Below are positions 41,254 to 49,136 of a DNA stretch of 64,000 nt, piece after piece. The first letter of the stretch is position 1. Each line of letters begins with the position of its first letter. This DNA is from an uncultured bacterium (lineage in GTDB: Bacteria; Verrucomicrobiota; Verrucomicrobiia; Limisphaerales; UBA8199): NCBI GenBank assembly GCA_963749495.1, contig CAVVMW010000004.1, forward strand, positions 352,001 to 416,000. Direction: 5' to 3'. Position numbers and translations under genes: made by a program. The notes under the pieces are model-generated. The model was not told the origin of the DNA. It worked only from the letters and a program-made list of their open reading frames with translations, and made no database searches.

Positions 41254-41364
41254 GTCCGCTCTAAATCCCCAGTAAGCTAACTGGCTGTGGTACTTGCCAA
41301 CTAGGAGACCGGAATTGTCTTCGATAAGCAGCCGATTTCCGTGGAGGCAGATACGGGCCCTCAT
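41254..41364 (-). pseudogene. N-terminal stub of a gene cut by the IS
   Basis: MRARICLHGNRLLIEDNSGLLVGKYHSQLAYWGFRADS; ATG overlaps the upstream stop (ATGA). Confidence 0.5.
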
Positions 41365-42060
41365 TTCTTGGTCGCGAGTGAGTCGCACTCTTTCTTGTAA
41401 TGGTAAATTGCCGTTTCGATTTGCTGAGCTCGTTTCTGGATATCGGAAGCGAGTTTCCGCGCCTTCTCGAAATCGGCAAGAGCAATTGACCTCACGTCCA
41501 TGTCCTCGTGCGTCAGCTTCCGGTACGCGGCATCAAGAAGCGTGATCGGCGTCTCCCTTTCCTGGTTAGATTCTTGGAAGTCGATAGCCTTCTTCGTGCG
41601 GTGTATGATTTCTTGCTGGCACCGTTCCACCCATTTTCGGTCAATTTGCTCAACCGACAGCGGTCTGCCTGTTTCATCGAATCGAGCTTTGCTGGGCAAG
41701 GTCGCGTCAACTTCCTCGCTGATTTTCAACAGCTCCTTTCGGCTCTCCTTTAAAGCACACAGTTTCGGGAGTTGGCGCATGATGGCGTGGATTTTCGGAA
41801 GGCCCTTGAGGTGGCGAAGACGAATCATCTTGAAGGCTGCGTCCTCAAGGGTACCGATGTCTTCCTCCTCGACGCCGCTTGCTACCAACCATTTCGGGTT
41901 CTTGAAACAACGTTGGTAGGCGTAGCTGCTGTAGTCGGTGAAGGCTTGCCAGCGGCCTTCTGGGTCAGCCGGGCCAGAGGAAACCGTGCCGTAGAGTCCA
42001 TCGCGGTCGAACTGGTGGAGATAGCGGTCCACACATTCGAGCGGCAAGAGGTAATCCCTT
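41361..42060 (-). pseudogene. 5'-truncated low-GC hypothetical gene (possibly C-terminus of a ParB-like protein)
   Basis: 228-aa open frame with no proper start, cut at the GGGGTCA repeat boundary; family assignment is tentative. Confidence 0.5.
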
Positions 42061-42067
42061 TCGACAT

Positions 42068-42170
42068 CGGAAAATCGGGGTCACGGAAAATCGGGGTCAG
42101 ATCTATACTTTGTTACAATGTTGGTCCGTGAAAGGGGTAAAGGGGTCACGCATTAAAAAAACTATTGACA
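42068..42170 (+). repeat. Left GGGGTCA-type end (RAYT-associated) with 16-bp tandem stutter
   Basis: (CGGAAAATCGGGGTCA)x2 then GATCTATACTTTGTTACAAT; a further GGGGTCA...ACTATTGACA. Confidence 0.75.
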
Positions 42171-42495
42171 CAAGGGCCGGCTACGACAGTGTTCTTGCCT
42201 CCCAAACCAAGACCCCTTCACGTGCGCCCCGGCCCGCCTCCTCCTCTATCCGAAGCCCGGTTTTACCGAGTTGGGATCAACTTCCACATTGTCAAACAAA
42301 AACCGCGCCTGCAAAAACCCCCCGGTTTTACCGGGGCTGCAGCGCCGTGTTGCGGGTCGTGTAGCAGGTCCGACCTCAAAAATCCCCCGGTTCCATGGGC
42401 CTTGTAACACTGTAGCGGGTCCATACCCCCCGCCCCCTAGACCAGCCGAGAAGATGAGAACCCCTCGGCCTCCAAGGCGTGATGTACGCGTTGCA

Positions 42496-42719
42496 ACCCG
42501 GAGGGTTGCGAGAGGGTAGCCGGGGGTCGCGACGGCGTCGCGACCCCCGGCTGACGGTCTGAAGGGTACTGCACCCGGGAAGGGGGTGCCAGAAGCGAGC
42601 GTCCAGGCGCCCGAACTGCCTTCTGGCATCCCTTCGGGATGCAGGAACGTATCGCCCTTGGACCGGGGGTCTCGCTACGCTTCGACCCCCGGCTTACCAT
42701 CTTCCATCCCTCCGGGATG
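42496..42719. repeat. REP-like element family F
   Basis: CCGGGGGTCGCGACG..CGTCGCGACCCCCGG; GCATCCC-TTC-GGGATGC; CCGGGGGTC...GACCCCCGG; CATCCC-TCC-GGGATG. Confidence 0.75.
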
Positions 42720-42787
42720 AAACTGGTGGCCCGGAGCCATGTCAGGAATCCTTATCTGTGGGGCTGGCACATCTCAGATGCGCTCTG

Positions 42788-43560
42788 CTACGCTGCGTCC
42801 GGCTCGGCCAGCGGCAGTTTCACCTTAAAGGCGCTGCCGGCGCCGGGCTGGCTGGAGACCTCGATCACACCGCTGTGGGCATCGATGATGGCCTTGGAAA
42901 TGGCCAGGCCCAGGCCAGTTCGGCCCTGGGTGCCGGAGCGGGCCTTGTCAACGCGGTAAAAGCGCTCGAAAATATGGGGCAAATCTTCGGCCGGGATGCC
43001 CTGGCCCGTATCGGCGACGATGAGGACCGCGTGGCCGTCTTCGGGGCGTGTGGAGATGCGGACCTCGCGCCCCGGGCGGTTGAAGCAGATGGCGTTGCTC
43101 AGGAGATTGGTGGCGACCTGGCTGATGCGCTCGGCGTCGCCGGGGCACTGGACGGGGCTTAGTTCGCAGTGGAGTTGGACGCCCCGTTCGGCCGCCAGTG
43201 GCCGGACCATTTCGACACACTCGCGGGTGACGCGGGCCAGGTCGAACGGTTGGCGGCGCATGGGTTCCTGGCCGGCATCCAGGCGGGCCAGTTCGAGCAG
43301 CGACTCGGTGAGCTTGCGCATGCGCTGGGCGGCGCGCTGGCAGGCCTGGAGGGCGTCGCGGTATTCGGCGGCGCTGCGCTCGCGGGTCAGGGCAGACTGG
43401 GTTTGGGAGAGGATGACCGAGACGGGGGTGCGCAACTCGTGCGAGGCATCCGAGGTGAACCGGGCCTGGTGGGCGAAGGCGGCCTCCAGGCGGCCAAAGG
43501 TGGAGTTGAGCACGCCGGCCAGGCGGCCCAATTCGCTATCGGTGTCCGCGGCATCGAGGA
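42788..43560 (-). pseudogene. 5'-truncated sensor histidine kinase (HisKA + HATPase)
   Basis: ELGRLA..LN, FTSDASHELRTP, NLLSNA, DTGQGI, FERFYRVD, GLGLAI; sensor domain missing. Confidence 0.88.
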
Positions 43561-44233
43561 GGCTCTCGTATAGATTTGCTGCTGGCTAAGTCTCATGGGA
43601 GAAGGGTTTGAGGTGAAAGGAGGGGGGGCGGGTGGAGGCTCACTTGGGTTGGAGCGTGGCGGTGTCTCTGGCGGCTTGGAGCCTCAGTTGGGCTGCCTGG
43701 AGGGCTAACTCGACCCATTGTGCCGTCAGCTTGCGAGAGGTTCTATAAGTGGCCAGTTGGGCCTTGACCTGAGCGACAAAGCCGGGGCGGATGAACTGGC
43801 TGGTGCTCTTGCGGCGATGCACCCAACTCAGTTGGTAATAGGGGCCGTGGCGTCGGGGTTTTTCGGGGTCCTTACAACGGCAGCCCGGCTTGCCGCAGAC
43901 GTTATACTGCCGGGAAAGGCTTCCGGGACGCATATCGCCCAAGGCGGCGAGTTGGGTTTTGATGTGTTGGATACGAGCTTCGATTTGCGGGATAGAGATC
44001 GTTTTCTTCATGTCCGATACATAATATAGGCTATCGGAAATGTCAAGCCCCGAATCGCATTTTTTTGCATTTTTTTTGTAACCGGCAGAAGGGCGAAATG
44101 GCGTTTGGCAAACCCCACTTTTAGTGGCTTCTGCTTCGCCAGAGAAGCGGCGCTCAGTAGATGGCTTGCAGCCGCGCAGGAGGCCGCTTTCGAGAGGCCA
44201 GGGCGGTTAAACAACTACATTTTTATGCAACTG
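43561..44233 (-). mobile_element. IS remnant (one end, accessory gene, transposase stub)
   Basis: Lower GC; putative end CAGTTGCATAAAA; TTGACA promoter with TCCGATA/TATCGGA palindrome (44013-44038); stub MRLSQQQIYTR abuts the kinase fragment. Confidence 0.5.
43640..44011 (-). CDS. DUF6788-like IS accessory protein
   Basis: MRPGSLSRQYNVCGKPGCRCKDP...HGPYYQLSW. Confidence 0.8.
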   Translation of the reverse strand: MKKTISIPQIEARIQHIKTQLAALGDMRPGSLSRQYNVCGKPGCRCKDPEKPRRHGPYYQLSWVHRRKSTSQFIRPGFVAQVKAQLATYRTSRKLTAQWVELALQAAQLRLQAARDTATLQPK

Positions 44234-44304
44234 AGGGGTTTACCCTGACCCCGATTTGCCGGCGCCGATTTACCGACCGGAGGGATGACGCGCATGCAGA
44301 ACGC

Positions 44305-44482
44305 ATTGTAAAAATGTATAGATGTGACCCCAGTTATTCTGCCACCAGTTATTAATTGTAAAAATGTATAGATGTGACCCCAGTTATTAAGTTTAAGTTA
44401 TTTGTATAGATGTGACCCCAGTTATTAAGTTATAGATGTGACCCCAGTTATTAAGTTATTCAGTTCCAGTTATTAAGTTATT
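44305..44482 (+). repeat. Right TGACCCC-type end, stuttered four times
   Basis: TATAGATGTGACCCCAGTTATT x4 plus shorter CCAGTTATT(AAGTT) pieces. Confidence 0.9.
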
Positions 44483-44600
44483 CACCGCCGTAGAGAAGAG
44501 CTCCCCCTGGGTCGAGAAGTCGGGCAAGCTCATAACCGGGCTCCCCAGGACCAATGATTGGCGCTAGACATGCAGCTACCCTATGGGGTAGCCTTACGAA

Positions 44601-44801
44601 ATGCAAGCCGAATATGTGATGAAGGTCCAGGTCATTAAATCCCGAAAACAGCCCCCACGGTTCTACGTGAACATCCCCCTGCCGCTCGCGGCGGCATTGG
44701 ACCTTCGAGCTAGGGAACTGGTCCAATGGCAACTCCTGGGGCGATCGGATCTCCGGCTGGTCCGGCTGGAGGCCCCTCCCGCCAAACCAAGGAGGAAATA
44801 A
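44601..44801 (+). CDS. Small AbrB-like protein, probably IS-associated remnant
   Basis: KVQVI...FYVNIPLPLAAALDL...ELVQWQL. Confidence 0.55.
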   Translation: MQAEYVMKVQVIKSRKQPPRFYVNIPLPLAAALDLRARELVQWQLLGRSDLRLVRLEAPPAKPRRK

Positions 44802-44880
44802 TTGCCCGGGGGTTTTTCAGCGGAATCAAGATGGTGCATTTCTGTTGAGTTGCCGCCTCACGCTCCGGCAGAGTCAGCCC

Positions 44881-45010
44881 ATGCGGCGGAAGTTGCGCAT
44901 TCAATAGCCGGGCGCGATGTATCATGTCATGAGCCGGGGAGATCGGCGGAAGGACATTTTCCTGGATGAGGTGGATCGCCTGGATTTCCTCAAGACGCTG
45001 GCCGAGTCGT
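44881..45010 (+). pseudogene. RAYT/Y1 (IS200-like) tyrosine transposase N-terminal remnant
   Basis: MRRKLRIQ*PGAMYHVMSRGDRRKDIFLDEVDRLDFLKTLAE, then truncated before the HUH motif. Confidence 0.85.
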
Positions 45011-45033
45011 GGAAATTGTGGAGTTCCGCATAT

Positions 45034-45351
45034 TCAGATCACATCCACGGGATGCGAGGTGATCCATACGTCCACCTGCCTGAACCGCTGCATCAGCGCC
45101 TGCTTGAACTCCTTGAAAAAAGCCCGATGTTCTGGCAAGTCCGGCACATCCACAAAGAACCGGGTGAGGTTATCCCGAAAGGTCGCACCCTCATGTTCCC
45201 AGGAGCCATGTACCAACTGGGTTTCCCAGGAGGCGGCACCGAAACGCGCCCTCAACTCGGCAAACGTTTGGGCCAGCAGGGCCTCCGGCACGGGGCTGCC
45301 ATCGTTAAACAGCAACGGCACCAGGATCTCGTAGCGGCGTAATGAACTCAT
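45034..45351 (-). CDS. Hypothetical protein, downstream member of a two-gene module
   Basis: RRYEILVPLLFNDGSPVP...GSW...FRDNL.RFFVDV...FK..L..RFRQ..VWIT. Confidence 0.7.
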   Translation of the reverse strand: MSSLRRYEILVPLLFNDGSPVPEALLAQTFAELRARFGAASWETQLVHGSWEHEGATFRDNLTRFFVDVPDLPEHRAFFKEFKQALMQRFRQVDVWITSHPVDVI

Positions 45352-45526
45352 AAGGGGCGGGGCCAATCACCGTGAAGTTGATTCCTTGCTCGGCCAAGAA
45401 ACCCAGGGCTTGAGCCGGCACCGCTGTTTCGCCCGAAGCCCAGCTCTTGCCTGAGAAGCGTGGGATCAGCTTGCCCAGTGCGCGTTGTTCGGTTTCTTTG
45501 TCTGCGAACCGGATGAGAATTTGCAT
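45305..45526 (-). CDS. Small hypothetical protein, upstream member of the module
   Basis: 73 aa; overlaps its partner by 47 bp. Confidence 0.6.
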   Translation of the reverse strand: MQILIRFADKETEQRALGKLIPRFSGKSWASGETAVPAQALGFLAEQGINFTVIGPAPYEFITPLRDPGAVAV

Positions 45527-45749
45527 GGCTCCAACCTAATGCTGGGGGGTAGCGGGGGCAAGCCTAAGAAACTCCAGAGCTTGGGTCAGACCATAGCGTG
45601 GTCCGCGCTGTCTCATGGCGGCCGTTGTGGCTGGGCTGCCGTGCGGAGCGCGGGCGCGCGGATCGGACTCTCGCCGACGGCGCTCGCGCCTCGCCCATGG
45701 ACAGCTCGGCCCTGTGCAGGCGCTTGAAGGCTTACAGGGCGGGCAAGCT

Positions 45750-45867
45750 CGTAGCGCAGGTTTCCAAACCTGCTGTATCGCCGACTTCCAGTCGGCAGGG
45801 CGCAGGAAATCGCTGCGCCTGCGGGTTGGAAACCCGCGATACGGCAGACTTGGAAGTCTGCGCTACG
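45750..45867. repeat. REP-like element family C, copy 2
   Basis: Matches 8891-9009. Confidence 0.85.
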
Positions 45868-45904
45868 GGGGCAGTGCCGGGCTCGCCCCATCACCCCGGC
45901 CCCA

Positions 45905-47197
45905 TCACAGGTCGCTGCGGGGGAGGAACAGGGCAACGATTGAGGCGGGCAGGAAGAGCAGGCCGGAGTAGAGCAGGGCAGGCCGGTGGTCGCCCAAGTG
46001 GGAGAACAGGCCGAAGAAAACGACGCCAAAGGCGGAGGTAACGCGCCCGATGTTGTAGCAGAAGCCGGCGCCGGTGGTGCGCAGCAGGGTGGGAAAGAGC
46101 GGCGGCAGGTACATGGTGAACAGGGCGAAACCGCCCTGGCAAAAGCCGATGAGCGGAAACCACCAGAGCAGGGCCACATGCCCGCGCGGCACGCAATAGG
46201 CGCCGGTCATGAAAAGGAAATACGCCAGGAACATCGCCGCGATGGTCGCGCGGTAGCCGAGTCGGCGCGAGAGCCAGCCGGCAAAGAAATTGCCCAGGAT
46301 AGATGAGCCGACGACCAGGTACATCGCCAGTGTGACGAGCTTGTTCTTCTGTTCCGGGGTCCAGGGCAGGACCTCCGGGAGGTTGCGCAGGTGCTGCTGG
46401 TGCCAGAACAGGAAGGCCCAGTGCGCCGTGAGCGAGACGCCGCAGGTCAGGATCACCCAGAGCGTGACGCGCCGGACCTCACCGCGGAAGAGTTCCCGCA
46501 GGCCGGGTTGGCAGTCCCGGGCCTGGTCCCTGGCCAAGCGCCACTCTTCGGGTTCCGGCACCGCACGGATTATCCAGAACACCAGCAGAGCGGGCAGCAC
46601 CCCCACCAGGAACAGGCACCGGGGCGGCGCAGCCGCCAGGATGTAATTGGCCAGCCCGGCGGCCAGGATGCCGACGTTGACCCCCGTTTGCAGCACCGCT
46701 GCCACCCAGGGCCGCCACCGCCGGGGCCAGGTCTCCGAAAGCAGCGACGCCCCCACCGCCCATTCGCCGCCAATGCCCAAGGCCGCCAGGAACCGGAACA
46801 CCAGCAAGTGCCACCAGGCCGTGGCGAAAAACGACAATCCGGTAAAGGCCGCATAGGTCAGGATGGTCAGGCTCAGCGCCCGCGCCCGCCCCAACCGGTC
46901 GCCCAGCCGGCCGAAGAAGCCGCCTCCCAACGCCCACCCGAGCATGAATGCGCCCTGGATGATCGAGCTGCGGTGGCCCACGCGCGGGTCGGTGGTGCTC
47001 AACCCGCCCAGCAACTGCGCGACGAACGGCGCTGCCACCAGCGTGTAGAGGTGCATGTCCAGGCCGTCGAACGTCCAGCCCAGCCAGGCCGCCAGCCCCA
47101 ACCGCCATTGCGCGCGGGAGAGCTGCCGCCAATGGGTCGCCTCAACCGGCGGCGCGGCGGCCGACGGCTCCGGAGCTTTGCGGTTGCCGGCTTCCAT
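45905..47197 (-). CDS. MFS transporter
   Basis: GWTFDGLD, GRLGDRLGR, GIGGEW..GA.L.SE.WP, LFPT.LRTTG.GFCYNIGR. Confidence 0.92.
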   Translation of the reverse strand: MEAGNRKAPEPSAAAPPVEATHWRQLSRAQWRLGLAAWLGWTFDGLDMHLYTLVAAPFVAQLLGGLSTTDPRVGHRSSIIQGAFMLGWALGGGFFGRLGDRLGRARALSLTILTYAAFTGLSFFATAWWHLLVFRFLAALGIGGEWAVGASLLSETWPRRWRPWVAAVLQTGVNVGILAAGLANYILAAAPPRCLFLVGVLPALLVFWIIRAVPEPEEWRLARDQARDCQPGLRELFRGEVRRVTLWVILTCGVSLTAHWAFLFWHQQHLRNLPEVLPWTPEQKNKLVTLAMYLVVGSSILGNFFAGWLSRRLGYRATIAAMFLAYFLFMTGAYCVPRGHVALLWWFPLIGFCQGGFALFTMYLPPLFPTLLRTTGAGFCYNIGRVTSAFGVVFFGLFSHLGDHRPALLYSGLLFLPASIVALFLPRSDL

Positions 47198-47242
47198 GCC
47201 GGCCAAAGCATGGTCCAGCACGGCGGTGCGAGGCGAGGGGAA

Positions 47243-47325
47243 AATGACGAATGACGAATGACGAATGACGAATGAGCGGTTCGTCATTCGTCATTCGTCA
47301 TTCGTCATTCGTCATTCGTCATTCG
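47243..47325. repeat. Inverted heptamer arrays (AATGACG)x4-5 / (TCATTCG)x6
   Basis: Direct reading; can fold into a long hairpin. Confidence 0.92.
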
Positions 47326-48623
47326 CGTCCCTTCTATTCCGTGTGGTTCCTCTGCCCCAGGGCGGGAGCTGATTCCAAGGCGCCGCGGGCCGCGATTCGG
47401 GCCGACTGGGCGGGGGCCGGGCTCGCCGGCTGGGTTTGGAGCTGTTCTTGAGGGGCATGGCGCAGGTCACGACGGTGCCGCCCGTGCGGAGGCGCTCGAT
47501 CTCGAGGGAGGCGCCGATGGTGCGAGCGCGGTAGTTCATGATGCGCAGGCCCATGCGGTTCCTGGCGTTGGCGGGCACCGCAAAGGGAGCGCCGTCGTTG
47601 GTGATGCTGAGCACCAACTGGTCGCTGCTCTTGACCAGGGAAATCGAGACGTGCGTCGCCTTGCCATGCTTGATGGCATTGCTGACCGCCTCCTGGGCAA
47701 TCTTGTGGAGCTGCAGGGTGGTATTGGGCGGCAGGTCGGGGACGGTCCCCTTGACCTGCAGGATGCAGGGGATTTCGAACATCTTCTTGACGTTAGCCGC
47801 CAGGCCCTCCAGCACGGCGGGCAGCTCGTCGCCCCGCACGTCCAGGGAACTGAACTGGTGGGCCAGGTCGTGCGTGTGCCGGATGGCCTCGTCCAGGAGC
47901 GCGTGGATGCGCGCGCTGTCACTGACGCAGACATGGTTTTCAGCGGCCAGGCGTTGCTGGAGGCCCTTGACCATGAGCGAGATGCCCGTGAGCTTCTGGC
48001 CCAGGTCGTCGTGCAGGTCGAAGCCGATGCGCCGCCGTTCGTTCTCGGCTATCTCCAGCAGGCTCGTTCTCCAGGCGGCGGCGCTCCTCGATGACCTCTT
48101 CCAACTTGAGGTTGGCCGCCTTGAGATCGGCGGTCCGTTCCTCGACGCGGACTTCCAGCTCCTCGTGGGCCTGGCGCAACTGCCGCTCATACTCGGCGCG
48201 GGCACTGCGCACCTCCGCGTCGCGCAACTCCCGTTCCACCGCGGGCACCAGGCGCGCCAGGCGCTCTTTCATGACGTAATCGTGCGCCCCCGCCCGCATG
48301 GCCGCCACGGCCGTCTCCTCCTCGATCAGCCCCGAGACGATGATGAACGGCACGTCCAAACCCTGTTCCTTGACCAGTTCGAGGGCCGCCGGGGCGCTGA
48401 ACTGCGGCATCGCGTGGTCGGCCAGGACCACATCCCACTCCTGCCGCCGCAGGGCCTGGTCCATCGCCTCGTGTGTGTCCACCCGCTCCCAGGCGGGCGC
48501 AAATCCCCCGCGTTCCAGCGCCCGCGCCAGCAAAACCGCGTCGGGCTGGGAATCCTCCACGAAGAGCACGCGCAAGGGCAGGCGCGGCCGCGAGGCGCCC
48601 CCATCCTTGTTCGCTTCACTCAT
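47312..48623 (-). CDS. Receiver-domain + HisKA_3 histidine kinase; frameshift near 48062
   Basis: VLFVEDS, VVLADHAMP, GAHDYVMK; ERRRIGFDLHDDLGQ, QEAVSNAIKH, MGLRIM.YRA. Confidence 0.88.
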
Positions 48624-48746
48624 GGCGACACCCTTCGCTTTCCAGGGCCAGCCTGGCGTTATCATCGGTCAGCATGTCGCTTTTACACTCGCCCCGGCCG
48701 CCGGGGAGCGCAAGGGGCAATTCGGCGGGCGGAGCTATCAGGGCGC

Positions 48747-48824
48747 TTATGTGGACATGGAAATTACGTGGACATGGGAGGCAAAAGGCCCGTTGTGCAG
48801 GGCCATTCCGGCCGGCATGTCCAC
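48747..48824. promoter_or_regulatory. Repeated candidate regulator sites
   Basis: TTAYGTGGACATGG x2 at 17-bp spacing and inverted CATGTCCAC, in a divergent intergenic region. Confidence 0.5.
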
Positions 48825-49136
48825 AGTGCGGGAATGCCGCACGCTGGGATCTGTGGGAGGGGCGCCGGGCAACCGGCGTCCCTATCCCAATCGCGGGGCG
48901 TTTGGCGGCGGTGCTGCCGGGGGGTTCTCCGCCTTGACATCCGGCTGGACTCGGGACACAATGGCTCCATTAAAACCCTGTACGACTGGTGACCGAATGC
49001 TCGAGCCGCGTGAGCAAAAACCTATGCGCTCCTGTCCCTCCTTATGCGTCGCGCTAACGACTGGTGTGCTGTCCGTCGGACTGATGGGCCAAGCCACGGG
49101 GCGCAGTCGAAGTCACCCCACGCCGGAGAATATACC

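Noticed and set aside
44305..44482. Possible CRISPR array
   Set aside because: Intervening sequences are short, irregular and made of repeat fragments rather than unique spacers; no cas genes are present
48960..49136. Riboswitch in the long leader of the LamG gene
   Set aside because: No recognisable aptamer consensus by eye; an Rfam/Infernal scan would be needed
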